Assembly (NCBI GenBank): GCA_016872385.1
Contig: VGZV01000006.1
Coordinates: 768-64,767, forward strand
Source: SAR202 cluster bacterium
Lineage (GTDB): Bacteria; Chloroflexota; Dehalococcoidia; Lucifugimonadales; UBA3495
Length of the DNA stretch: 64,000 bases
Direction: 5' to 3'
Every line of letters starts with the position of its first letter. The stretch's first letter is position 1. Positions 28,701 to 37,361 of the stretch are shown here, one piece after another. Under the pieces are notes generated by a model. The model searched no databases and had not been told where the DNA came from. It saw only the letters and a program-made list of their open reading frames with translations. The position numbers and the translations under genes are program-made.

Positions 28701-30538
28701 AATCCGCTCGTCCTGAGCCTGTTGAAGGACGAGTCACAAGTCCGCTCATGGTTCGACAAGCTCACCATGAGCGGTGGAGGCTGTTCAGTTCCGTCTTGGG
28801 AAGACCCAGTTCCTGGCCGCCGGTTACCGCCGGGCTGCTGGGAGGGCTCATGGTAGCGGTCATGGGCAACCTGGACGGGGTAGTGCAACTGGCCCAGGGC
28901 GCATGGCGAAAGCTGGTCCTGGGGCAGCCCTTCCCAGCCTTTGATTTCTGGCGCAGCAGCCGCATGGTGCCGGACCTGCCTGCGTTTGACCCATCGCCCC
29001 TGGCCTTCTGGATGCCAGGCCACGCCCCAGGCGCGGCGGAGGTATCGCCCCACATCACCGAGTTCCCCTACTTCACTTTTCTGTTTGCCGACCTGCACGC
29101 CCACATGATGGTCATCCCCTTCACCCTGCTGGCGCTGGGCCTAGCCCTAACCCTGGTACTGGGGCTGCGGCAGGCTAAAAGCTGGTGGGCCATGTCCGCC
29201 ACCGGCGTCCTGGGGCTGGCGCTGGGATCGCTGTGGGTAATCAACAGCTGGGACTACCCGGCCTACTTGCTCCTGATGGCGGCGCTGCTGGGACTGGCGG
29301 CGTGGGCCGCGCCCGGCGGGGCGGTGTTCCGCGCGGGATTGTGGCTGGCCATGTGGGCCGCAGTGGTTGCAGTAAGCGTACTGGCCTTCTGGCCCTTCCG
29401 CCAGGCCTACCAGACCTTTGACCCCGGCCTGGCTCCATCCCTTTGGCGGACGCCGCCTGAGCGGTATTTCGCCATTCATGGGGTGTTCCTGCTGGTGGCG
29501 ATAGTGCATCTGGTCCAGCAGTGGCGTGATGCACGCCACTCCCCAACTCCCCCTTTGCAGAGCGGGATCAAAATTGTTCTCCCCTTTAGTAAAGGGGGGC
29601 TGGGGGGATTTCTAATTCTGGCCCTGGGAGCGTTGGCGGCAGTCTATCTGGCGGCGGCGGGCTACTGGACGGCAGCCACGCTGACACTGGTGCTGGCCTT
29701 CACCATCAGCGCCGCCGGAAGGGAGTTGAAGCGCGACGCCCAAAGTGGGCCATGCTTGCCAACGGTAGCCTCCCTGGTCCTGCTGGGCATGGCCCTGTCC
29801 ATTGGCATTGGCCTGGACCTGGCGCGGCTAAACGGGGACATTGGGCGCATGAACACCTTCTTCAAATACTACCTGGAAGCCTGGGTGCTGTTTGGCGTAG
29901 CTAGCGCATACCTTCTGTGGCGTCTGGGAGCAACAGGATTTTTCCGCCAGGGGTTGGCAGGCAAAGCAACTTTGGGTATTATGTTATTGTTTTTAGTGGG
30001 CAGCTTGATTTACCCGGCGCTGGGCGCCCGCGCCCGGTTGGCTGACCGTTTCAACCCAACCGCGTTGACGCTGGACGGCACGGCCTATATGCGCCAAGCC
30101 GTTCATATGGAAGAAGGGCAGCCTATCGCCCTGGAGTACGACCTGGAGGCCATACACTGGCTCCAGGACAACGTTCAAGGGTCGCCAGTGGTGCTGGAAG
30201 CCCACCACGAGCAGTACCACTGGAGCAGCCGGATCTCTGTCTATACCGGCCTGCCGACAGTGCTAGGATGGCCGTGGCACCAGATTCAGCAGCGGGGCGA
30301 CAGCACTGCTGTTTACCGCCGGGCGGCAGATGTGCGGGAAATTTACAGCACTGTGTCGGTGGAGCGGGCCCAGGCATTGTTGCAACAGCACCAGGTGCGG
30401 TACATAGTGGTGGGCGAACTGGAGAGGGCTTACTACCCTGCGCCTGGTCTGACCAAATTCGAAAGTATGACGCGCCAGGGGTTGATTACCCTGGTGTACC
30501 AGAATCCAAGAGTGCAAGTTTACCGCACGCCCTGGTAG
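25790..30538 (+). CDS. Giant polytopic membrane protein: N-terminal GT-C/ArnT-like region plus DUF2298 / Chlor_Arch_YYY domain
   Basis: 1582-aa ORF with dozens of TM segments and the hallmark FAGGYLNYYYWGYF (YYY) motif. Contains four in-frame repeat-derived segments. Confidence 0.8.
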   Translation: MGWFANLPLVVTQIIRQRRVFVSPATWLLLAILAAALALRLYGINWDQGYGFHPDERSIYMRAGCMYDLLVQAPGYQECLRDHPQTQPGFPSLGVFLDPQRSPLNPHWFPLGSILIYALVYLRSILELFTNLSALDMRYAGRLLSALADVGSVYLVFLLGKRMYGQGTGLLAAAFAAFAVIHIQNSHFYRPETFSVFFTLAAFLAMLRMIQYGRWRDSAILGLLVGLALAPKVNVLPLLLPLALVYGWRWYDLARQKSPKPPFEKGGLQRPSPRWGQSFSPLIKKGLGRIASAQLLAGQAALAAVVALATFFAASPYALLDFKSFVADQIAQANMANHAGLWPFTIQYVGTTPFLYQMRQSITWGLGVPLGLAAWASIPFTAAMAFLQKQTCRADWLLLAWILPSLLLLESFEVRFLRYLFPLIPFMLLLAARMLVWLAVAATQRLDDAGKAQLPSASPEEGQGEGRQPPPLPPFFKGGLVGFAPRKLLAWTPTLLIALVMLGTVFYALAFMRIYARPHPAIAASQWLRENVPAGKAIASDNHWDEFIPGLYQYQVWQYPAYDADSAEKMTTLARQLAKSEYLVFYSQRPFASVSRDPQRFPLSGHYYQQLFAGKLGYQLEKKFISYPELLGVAFQDDPYTWSGLPKPSPAQPEPGSLLALNLGYADDNVVGYDHPQVLVFRNTERLSELSLRARLTPSRQSPDSGTDQGLMLSPEQAAAQRNGGAWSEIVHRDSWTNKLPVLAWLLAVEVIYMASLPLAMFLCRPLPDRGIVLARILGLLAVCYVAWLLASLGWVQFSRTGIWLGILTVAALSAVALAAHWQEIRQFLKARWRLLLLGEALFLAAFLAFVLLRAANPDLWHPYRGGEKPMELAYLNAVARSSLMPPYDPWFAGGYLNYYYWGYFVVAALVRITGIIPTTAFNLAVPLFFALTFTGAFSLVYNLAAATIPSPAIRRRGNGTTISTEQGLNESARPEPVEGRVTSPLMVRQAHHERWRLFSSVLGRPSSWPPVTAGLLGGLMVAVMGNLDGVVQLAQGAWRKLVLGQPFPAFDFWRSSRMVPDLPAFDPSPLAFWMPGHAPGAAEVSPHITEFPYFTFLFADLHAHMMVIPFTLLALGLALTLVLGLRQAKSWWAMSATGVLGLALGSLWVINSWDYPAYLLLMAALLGLAAWAAPGGAVFRAGLWLAMWAAVVAVSVLAFWPFRQAYQTFDPGLAPSLWRTPPERYFAIHGVFLLVAIVHLVQQWRDARHSPTPPLQSGIKIVLPFSKGGLGGFLILALGALAAVYLAAAGYWTAATLTLVLAFTISAAGRELKRDAQSGPCLPTVASLVLLGMALSIGIGLDLARLNGDIGRMNTFFKYYLEAWVLFGVASAYLLWRLGATGFFRQGLAGKATLGIMLLFLVGSLIYPALGARARLADRFNPTALTLDGTAYMRQAVHMEEGQPIALEYDLEAIHWLQDNVQGSPVVLEAHHEQYHWSSRISVYTGLPTVLGWPWHQIQQRGDSTAVYRRAADVREIYSTVSVERAQALLQQHQVRYIVVGELERAYYPAPGLTKFESMTRQGLITLVYQNPRVQVYRTPW
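26558..26659. repeat. Family B GC-hairpin repeat in frame within the DUF2298 CDS
   Basis: AAATCCCCC...GGGAGGATT ends, hairpin CACCCTTTGAGAAAGGGGGG. Translates as KSPKPPFEKGGLQRPSP...PLIKKGLGRI. Confidence 0.7.
27192..27238. repeat. Family B GC-hairpin repeat (half element) in frame within the DUF2298 CDS
   Basis: CCCCCCTTTTTCAAAGGGGGG followed by GGTGGGATTT. Translates as PPPLPPFFKGGLVGF. Confidence 0.65.
28704..28775. repeat. Family C palindromic repeat in frame within the DUF2298 CDS
   Basis: CTCGTCCTGAGCCTGTTGAAGGACGAG and CCGCTCATGGTTCGACAAGCTCACCATGAGCGG hairpins. Translates as SARPEPVEGRVTSPLMVRQAHHERW. Confidence 0.75.
29541..29611. repeat. Family B GC-hairpin repeat in frame within the DUF2298 CDS
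   Basis: CTCCCCTTTAGTAAAGGGGGG followed by GGGGGGATTT. Translates as SPTPPLQSGIKIVLPFSKGGLGGF. Confidence 0.7.
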
Positions 30539-30566
30539 GCACAAGCTGACCAGGTTTGCTGGAACG

Positions 30567-30851
30567 GTGGATGTGGCCGAGACCATTGCAATAATTCGCG
30601 ACTTATTTATCATCGCTGCGGCGGCAGTATTTATTGCTGTCTTTATCCCAATAGGCATTCTTTTTCTTCGGATGGCCAAGCCCTTAATCCGGGCCGCGGA
30701 TAATCTGGAAAACATCAGCAGCACCGTGCTGAATCAGGTGATTAAGCCGTTAAGCACCTTGGGCGGGCTGCTGGAGTTTATAAATCGTATATTGGGGCAG
30801 TGGCGCGAGCGCACGGCCCCAGACAGGAGTAAAGGCGATGGGCAGGAATGA
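30567..30851 (+). CDS. Small membrane-anchored protein (DUF948-like)
   Basis: 94-aa ORF with GTG start and one N-terminal TM helix followed by a helical region. Sits beside a YtxH-like gene, a common pairing. Confidence 0.45.
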   Translation: MDVAETIAIIRDLFIIAAAAVFIAVFIPIGILFLRMAKPLIRAADNLENISSTVLNQVIKPLSTLGGLLEFINRILGQWRERTAPDRSKGDGQE

Positions 30852-31053
30852 CACCTTTCTGGCAGGGCTTATCACTGGGGCGGTAATTGGCGCGGTGGCC
30901 GGGCTGCTCTTAGCTCCCAAGTCGGGCAAGGAGACCCGGGAGATGCTGGTTGATCAGGGCCAGCGCGCTGGCCGGTATGTTGGAGACGCCATACGCCGCC
31001 GCCGTGGGGAAGAAGAAACTTCCGACGACACCGCCTCCGTTTCTACTCGATAG
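30838..31053 (+). CDS. YtxH-domain protein
   Basis: FLAGLITGAVIGAVAGLLLAPKSGKETREML is the YtxH signature. Confidence 0.65.
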   Translation: MGRNDTFLAGLITGAVIGAVAGLLLAPKSGKETREMLVDQGQRAGRYVGDAIRRRRGEEETSDDTASVSTR

Positions 31054-31140
31054 GCCAGGTTCAACCACAGTCAAGCAAGTGGGGCGAGTACTGAACTCGC
31101 CCCGCTTCATTTTGCGCCCCAGGCAGGATGTGCTTCAGAG

Positions 31141-31255
31141 GGTGTGTGACCATTCTCGCTCGTGGTGAGCTTGTCGAACCATGATCGGAAATGATCCGCC
31201 CATCCTTCGACAAGCTGAGGACGAGCTGACAATGTAACGGCAGTTCTCACACGTA
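31141..31255. repeat. Palindromic repeat family C element with GTGTGTGA / TCTCACAC ends
   Basis: Degenerate TTGTCGAACCATGA and TCCTTCGACAAGCTGAGGACGAGC hairpin cores between GTGTGTGACCATTC and CAGTTCTCACACG. Confidence 0.6.
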
Positions 31256-31271
31256 TTCTTATCTGCCCTGG

Positions 31272-32099
31272 TCAGGCGCCCCACCGGGGATATGACCCCA
31301 GCACCTTCAGCATACTTACCTGGCGTTGCAGCCCCGCCAGGGCTTCGGCCACATTGGGGTCGCTGCGGTGCCCCTCGCAGTCAATAAGAAATATATAACG
31401 GCCCAGGACTTCTTTGGTAGGCCGGGACTCCACCTTGGCCAGGTTTATGCCCATGCGGGCAAATTCCCCCAGGGCGCGGAAGAGCAAGCTGGGGGCATCC
31501 TGGTCGTAGGAAAAGCAAATGGAGGTCTTGTCCCGGCCTGTAGGCTCGTGATCAGTGCGGGCCAGCACCACAAATCTGGTGACATTGTTGGGGTAGTCCT
31601 GGATGCTCTGGGCGATAATAGCTGCCCCGTGCAGTTCCGCCGCCCGACGGGGGGCAATGGCCGCCGCCGGTACGGCGCTGGCTTTCATGTCCAACACTGC
31701 CGCCACTGTACTTAGGGAGGCCATCTGCTGGGCCTGGGGAAAACAGCGCTCCAAGAACTTGCGGCACTGGCCCAGGGCTTGGGGGTGAGAGTAGATTACC
31801 TGCACGTCCTCGGTGCGGGCGCCGGGCTTTGCCATCAAGTAGTGGTCAATGGGTAGTACAATCTCCTGCCAGATAGCCAGACCTGACTGGCTGATAAGCA
31901 GGTCCAGGGTGTAGGTCACCGAACCTTCCAGACTATTTTCAATGGGCACCACGCCTTCCTCGGTGATGCCTGACGACACTGCATGGCCCACCGCAGCGAT
32001 GGTGGGAAAGGCCTGCAACTCTGCGCCGGAGTCATAGCGCAGGGCAGCTTCCTCAGTATAAGTGCCTGCTGGACCAAAAAAGGCGATGCGTTTACCCAT
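31272..32099 (-). CDS. pheA: Prephenate dehydratase
   Basis: 275 aa. PDT domain (IAFFGPAGTYTEEAA, TRFVVL) plus C-terminal ACT domain (ESRPTKE...YIFLIDCEGH). Confidence 0.9.
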   Translation of the reverse strand: MGKRIAFFGPAGTYTEEAALRYDSGAELQAFPTIAAVGHAVSSGITEEGVVPIENSLEGSVTYTLDLLISQSGLAIWQEIVLPIDHYLMAKPGARTEDVQVIYSHPQALGQCRKFLERCFPQAQQMASLSTVAAVLDMKASAVPAAAIAPRRAAELHGAAIIAQSIQDYPNNVTRFVVLARTDHEPTGRDKTSICFSYDQDAPSLLFRALGEFARMGINLAKVESRPTKEVLGRYIFLIDCEGHRSDPNVAEALAGLQRQVSMLKVLGSYPRWGA

Positions 32100-32281
32100 C
32101 CGTTGCTTCCCGCCGAAGGCAGTGTCCCCTGTCGTAGGGACTTACCAGGAACCCGGACACACTCCTACGGGCCTTCCTCAAGCCATCCAAGCTTTTGCCA
32201 GTTTACCATATCTGAAGACTGTAGAGTTGGGGTAAAATAGGCCTGGCATTGCGAGTTCATCGGGGAAGGACAAGGTCAGAA

Positions 32282-33010
32282 ATGAAGAAATTGCTGATGG
32301 TCGCGGCGGTAGTGATTCTGGTATTGCTCATAGTCGTAGTGGGCGTACTGGGATACTACGGATTTGCGCCAGGAGTATCCAGCCTGCTGGGTGCCAACAA
32401 GCCCAAAGACCTGGGAGTCAGCTACACGGAGCAGCACTTGCAGAGCGCCCGGGCCAAGCTGGGGCAGCAGTTTATGACATTGCCTCAGGGGACAAGCGCC
32501 GCCCAGAGCCGTCAGTATTCCGGCCAGAAAAGCATAAACGCCAGTTTCACCCAGGAGGAACTGACCGCCCTGGTGAATGACCAGCGTTGGGCGTACCATC
32601 CGGTGACCGACGCCCAGGTGCGGATTAACCCCGACGGCACTGTAGAGTTTTCCGGCAAGCTGCTCATAGACCGCCTGGATGGCTTTGGCCAGTCCATCCG
32701 GCTGAGCCAGCAGGAACAGTCCTATGCTCAGGACTTTTTGAAGTTCGTTAAGACCGACCCGGCCATTTACGCCAAGGGATCCCTCACCGTGGTGAATAAC
32801 CAGCTGGATTTGAACGTGACCGAGGCTAAAGTAGGCCGTTTGGATGTCCCTGTGGATGACGTAACCGATGACCCTTCATACATGAACGAAGTGGCTCAGC
32901 GGGCGCGGGCCAGCGTGACCGGGCTTTCTGTAACATCGCTAAACTTCCAGGGCGGGCAGATGAACCTGAACGCCAGCATACCCGCCACCGAGTCGGTGTT
33001 GCCGCCGTAA
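32282..33010 (+). CDS. Hypothetical membrane-anchored protein
   Basis: ATG at 32282 (MKKLLMVAAVVILVLLIVVV) gives a signal-anchor followed by a soluble domain. No family recognised. Confidence 0.5.
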   Translation: MKKLLMVAAVVILVLLIVVVGVLGYYGFAPGVSSLLGANKPKDLGVSYTEQHLQSARAKLGQQFMTLPQGTSAAQSRQYSGQKSINASFTQEELTALVNDQRWAYHPVTDAQVRINPDGTVEFSGKLLIDRLDGFGQSIRLSQQEQSYAQDFLKFVKTDPAIYAKGSLTVVNNQLDLNVTEAKVGRLDVPVDDVTDDPSYMNEVAQRARASVTGLSVTSLNFQGGQMNLNASIPATESVLPP

Positions 33011-33075
33011 GGCAACTGGCTCAGAGCCATATGCTAATATATCTCCAACGTTGCAGTACGTTGAGGTGACCGGCC

Positions 33076-35553
33076 ATGACCACCCCTTCCCGGCAGATTG
33101 AACTGCGCTACGACCCCGCCGCCATTGACCGCAAGTGGCAGGAGCGCTGGGCCGCCGATGGCCTCTACCGCGTGCCCGACGACGATCCCCGGCCCAAGTG
33201 GTTTGAGATGACCATGTATCCCTACCCCTCCGGCGACCTGCACATCGGCCACTGGTACGCCATGGCCCCTTCCGACTGCCACGCCCGCTTCCGCCGGATG
33301 CAGGGATACAACGTGCTGCACCCCATCGGCTTTGACGCCTTCGGCCTGCCTGCGGAGAACGCCGCCATCAGCCGGGGCATTCACCCCTACACCTGGACCA
33401 TGAGCAACATCCAGAATATGCGCCGCCAGCTCAAGTCCATCGGCGCAATCTACGACTGGGACCGGGAAATCATCTGCTGCCTGCCGGAGTATTACCGCTG
33501 GAACCAGTGGTTTTTCCTCCAAATGTACAAGGCCGGCCTGGCCTACCGGGCCAAGGCCCCCGTGGTGTGGTGTCCTTCCTGTCAGACGGTGCTGGCCAAC
33601 GAGCAGGTGGTGGACGGCAACTGCGAACGCTGCCACACGGCCATTACCCGCCGCGACCTGGAGCAGTGGTTCTTCCGCATCACCCAGTACGCCGATCAGC
33701 TCCTGGACTTCCAAGGGCTGCTGGAGTGGCCGGAAAAAATCCTGACCATGCAGCAGAACTGGATTGGCCGCAGCGAGGGCGTGGAAATCAGCTTTGACAT
33801 TTCCCACAAGGGGCTGGACCATAAGGAGATTCGCGCCTTCACCACCCGCATTGACACAATCTTTGGCGTCACCTTCATTGTGCTGGCCCCGGAGCACCCC
33901 CTGGTGCCCCGGCTGACCTCCAGGGAGCAGCACGGCGCCGTGGCGGAGTACATTGCCCAGGCCCGCCGCACCTCGGAGATTGAGCGCCAGTCCACTGAGA
34001 AAGAAAAGACCGGCGTATTCCTGGGGACTTACGCGGTGAACCGGCTCAATGGCGAGCAGGTGCCCATCTTCATCGGCGACTACGTGCTGATGAGCTACGG
34101 CACCGGCGCAGTCATGGGCGTGCCCGCCCACGACTCCCGGGACTTTGCCTTTGCCAAGAAGTATGGCCTGCCCATCCGCCAGGTCATCGCCCCGGTATCT
34201 TGGGATGGAAGCGAACTGACTGGGGCCTACTTGGGCGACGGCTTTATGACCGCCTCGGGCCGCTACGACGGCATGACCAACCAGGAAGGCAAGCGGGCCC
34301 TGGCCCAGGACATCGAGGCCAAGGGCTGGGGCAAACGCACCATCACCTACCGCCTGCGGGACTGGCTCATATCCCGCCAGCGGTACTGGGGCACGCCCAT
34401 TCCCATGATTTACTGCCAGGCCTGCGGCATTGTGCCGGTGCCCGAATCTGACCTGCCGGTGCTACTGCCCCCCGATGCCGAGTTCAAGCCCACTGGGGAA
34501 TCTCCCCTGGCGGCGCACCAGGGCTTCGTCAGCGCCACCTGCTCCCAGTGTGGCGCTGCCGCCCGGCGCGAGACCGACACCATGGACACCTTCGTGGACT
34601 CCTCCTGGTACATGCTGCGCTACACCAGCCCCCAGTACCATCAAGGCCCCTTTGACCCGGCCCTGATGCAGAAGTGGATGCCCGTGGACCAATACACCGG
34701 CGGGGCGGAGCACGCGGTGATGCACCTGCTCTACTCACGCTTTTTCACCAAGGCCCTGCGGGACCTGGGCTTGCTGGAGTTCGACGAACCCTTCCTGCGG
34801 CTGTTCAACCAGGGCATCATCCTGGGAGAAGACCACGAGAAGATGAGCAAGAGCCGGGGCAACGTGGTGAACCCGGACCTGGTGGTGGGCCAGCTAGGGG
34901 CCGACGCCACCCGCTGCTTCATGATGTTCATTGGACCCTGGGACCAGGGCGGCCCCTGGAGCGACGTGGGCATCAACGGCGTGGCCCGCTGGTTGAACCG
35001 GGTGTGGGGCGTCATGGAGCACGACCCGGCCCACCTGGAGGGCGGCGCAGGCAACCCCCAGGCCATCCGGGAGACCCAGCGCCTGCTGCACCAGACCATC
35101 CGCAAGTGCTACCAGGACCTGGACCGGTTCAAGTTCAACACCGCCATCGCCAGCCTCATGGAGCTGACCAACCACCTGACCAGGGTGTGGGCCGAGGCCA
35201 GCGTGGACGCCGCTGCCTGGCGGGAGTGCACGGAGAAGTTCCTGCTGATGCTGGCCCCCCTGGCGCCCCACCTGGCCGAGGAGATGTGGGAGAGCACGGG
35301 CCACGCCTACAGCATCCACCAGCAGCGGTTCCCCCAATGGGACGAAGAGCTGGCCGCCGAGGAGACCATCACCCTGGTGGTGCAGGTCAACGGCAAGGTG
35401 CGGGACCGCATCCAGGCCCCCGCGGGCATCAGCTCCGAGCAGGCCCAGGAGCTAGCCCTGGCCAGCCCCAAGGTGCGGAGCTTCATGCAGGGCAAGGCGG
35501 TGCGCCAGGCAGTGTACGTGCCGGGGCGGCTGGTGAACGTGGTGGTGGGGTAG
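33076..35553 (+). CDS. leuS: Leucine--tRNA ligase
   Basis: 825 aa with HIGH motif (LHIGHWY), KMSKS motif and the CP1 editing domain. Confidence 0.95.
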   Translation: MTTPSRQIELRYDPAAIDRKWQERWAADGLYRVPDDDPRPKWFEMTMYPYPSGDLHIGHWYAMAPSDCHARFRRMQGYNVLHPIGFDAFGLPAENAAISRGIHPYTWTMSNIQNMRRQLKSIGAIYDWDREIICCLPEYYRWNQWFFLQMYKAGLAYRAKAPVVWCPSCQTVLANEQVVDGNCERCHTAITRRDLEQWFFRITQYADQLLDFQGLLEWPEKILTMQQNWIGRSEGVEISFDISHKGLDHKEIRAFTTRIDTIFGVTFIVLAPEHPLVPRLTSREQHGAVAEYIAQARRTSEIERQSTEKEKTGVFLGTYAVNRLNGEQVPIFIGDYVLMSYGTGAVMGVPAHDSRDFAFAKKYGLPIRQVIAPVSWDGSELTGAYLGDGFMTASGRYDGMTNQEGKRALAQDIEAKGWGKRTITYRLRDWLISRQRYWGTPIPMIYCQACGIVPVPESDLPVLLPPDAEFKPTGESPLAAHQGFVSATCSQCGAAARRETDTMDTFVDSSWYMLRYTSPQYHQGPFDPALMQKWMPVDQYTGGAEHAVMHLLYSRFFTKALRDLGLLEFDEPFLRLFNQGIILGEDHEKMSKSRGNVVNPDLVVGQLGADATRCFMMFIGPWDQGGPWSDVGINGVARWLNRVWGVMEHDPAHLEGGAGNPQAIRETQRLLHQTIRKCYQDLDRFKFNTAIASLMELTNHLTRVWAEASVDAAAWRECTEKFLLMLAPLAPHLAEEMWESTGHAYSIHQQRFPQWDEELAAEETITLVVQVNGKVRDRIQAPAGISSEQAQELALASPKVRSFMQGKAVRQAVYVPGRLVNVVVG

Positions 35554-35610
35554 GGTGTTGGGGATGCTTTACAGGCAGTTCATTAGTAAATGGAGAACAA
35601 TAATCTTGCT

Positions 35611-36267
35611 TTAAAGGCTCTCAAGCCATTTCACCCAGTCATCAAAGTGTGCGCACTGCTGACGAATTGCCGTTAAGCCGATGCGTTGTGCTACTAGAGG
35701 GCCATGAACCACTTTCTGATATGACGGGCAAGTATGCATGATCCTTTTTGAAGGTGCACTCTCAGGGTTGTCATTTATTTCCTCGGGGGTCGAAAAGCTC
35801 TCCCGTACGCGTGTGAGAGTCTGCCCTGCCGCTGGCATGTTAAGTGCAACGCCAATTGCCTCAGGCTTGCAAAATAGCAGGGCCTCGAACTCGTGGACCA
35901 TCAGATAGGGGCGGAATCGGCGGTCTCCAATTTGGGATTTCCACTGAATTTCAACGTGTTGCGCGCGATGAACTGGACTTCCTGCAAGCCGTGATTCCAT
36001 CCCCGGAAAATCTGAAGGCAAGCCATAGTAGTCAATGAATGTTGTAACTGCAACAACTCCGGAGTCACCTAAAAGCCGTTTTACGTCCCTTTCCACTTTT
36101 TGATAGTCTGTAATCCCACCCTGGAAAACCGCACCTCGTTTCACCCGCTTAGTAGTCGCAATGGTGGGAGTTAGGCTGACTTCTAATGCTAAAAGATGGG
36201 GAGCAAGTACGTCCTTAACAAACCGTTCTTCAGTTTGTCCCTCTACTAGAGCCAGGACACGCTTCAT
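35611..36267 (-). CDS. DUF4276-like protein (predicted Toprim-like nuclease partner of the upstream ATPase)
   Basis: About 218 aa. Motifs LALVEGQTEERFV, IDYYGLPSDFPG, MVHEFEALLF and NPESAPSKRI match my recollection of DUF4276 proteins. The ATG at 36267 overlaps the ATPase stop (TGATG). Low-GC composition. Confidence 0.7.
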   Translation of the reverse strand: MKRVLALVEGQTEERFVKDVLAPHLLALEVSLTPTIATTKRVKRGAVFQGGITDYQKVERDVKRLLGDSGVVAVTTFIDYYGLPSDFPGMESRLAGSPVHRAQHVEIQWKSQIGDRRFRPYLMVHEFEALLFCKPEAIGVALNMPAAGQTLTRVRESFSTPEEINDNPESAPSKRIMHTCPSYQKVVHGPLVAQRIGLTAIRQQCAHFDDWVKWLESL

Positions 36268-37361
36268 CAAGGCCTACCAGTCAGGACGTTTTTCTCCCAC
36301 AATTCACCCAGGCTGTAATCTTCAAGCCATGAGGCCATGTCGGCTTCCCTCAAGTGCTTGAATACGCTTGCGCCATCCTCCCTGTTGACAACCCAGACGT
36401 GCTGTGGTTCCAAATGGTTGATAAGGGTCACTGACTGGGTGGCCACCAGTAGTTGTGTTCGTGTGGATGCGGATTGGAAAAGTCCCGCCAGAATCTGGAT
36501 GGCCGCGGGATGCAGCCCCAATTCAGGCTCATCAATCAAGATAACTGATGGAAGGTCCGGTTGAAGAAGCAGCGTTGCAAGACAGATAAATCTCAGCGTA
36601 CCGTCAGATAGTGCGGATGCGTTGAAGTACGTGTCGCTGCCTATTTCCTCCCACTCCAGCCGAATCTTATCGGGGTTCAGCGCCGTAGGGACGAGTTTAA
36701 ACCCCCGGAAAAATGGCGCTATTTGCCTAACAGTATCCTCGATGTTTCGGTAGTAATCCGTTTTCTTTTCTTGGAGCAAATATAGAAATGCAGCCAGGTT
36801 GGCCGCATCCGGGCGAAGGAAGCGATTGTCTGCAACATCGCACGTTTGTTTGGGCGGGGCAGACGGGCTGGTGTCATGAAAGTGGTATATCCGATAACTG
36901 TCAAGATACTTCTGGATATACCTAGAAATACCCCCCTTCGACGTCGCTAACTGCGCCTCTTTCTGCCCAGACCAATGCTCAGGAAAAAGGTATGGTCGAC
37001 CAGGATAATTTTCGGTATCCCAGAAATTTGATTTCTCGCTTTCGATCAGGAAATCATTATTTTCAGTGGGTATAAGTATGAGTTCGTAGATATTTTGGTT
37101 AAGCCCTTCCGCGAAAGTCACTTTGATGGAAAGTTTCTCGGTGCGCTTCCTGCCAAAATGCAGAATTGCATTTGCGCCGCCAGCCTGCCCTGTGTAGATG
37201 GCCAGCTCTTGTCTATATATCCTGTTGAGCAAATGGAAACAACTGATGAGATTTGACTTGCCGGCGCCATTACCTCCAATGAATACATTCAGAGGCCCAA
37301 ACTCAAGCTCTTGGTCACGGATGGACTTAAAACCCTGAATGTGCATGCTATGCAACGGCAT
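36267..37361 (-). CDS. ABC/SMC-type AAA ATPase (AAA_15/AAA_21-like)
   Basis: 364 aa. Walker A GGNGAGKSN, signature-like LSDGTLRF, Walker B ILIDEPELGLHP, H-loop-like VATQS. GGAG Shine-Dalgarno 11 nt upstream. Low-GC composition. Confidence 0.8.
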   Translation of the reverse strand: MPLHSMHIQGFKSIRDQELEFGPLNVFIGGNGAGKSNLISCFHLLNRIYRQELAIYTGQAGGANAILHFGRKRTEKLSIKVTFAEGLNQNIYELILIPTENNDFLIESEKSNFWDTENYPGRPYLFPEHWSGQKEAQLATSKGGISRYIQKYLDSYRIYHFHDTSPSAPPKQTCDVADNRFLRPDAANLAAFLYLLQEKKTDYYRNIEDTVRQIAPFFRGFKLVPTALNPDKIRLEWEEIGSDTYFNASALSDGTLRFICLATLLLQPDLPSVILIDEPELGLHPAAIQILAGLFQSASTRTQLLVATQSVTLINHLEPQHVWVVNREDGASVFKHLREADMASWLEDYSLGELWEKNVLTGRP

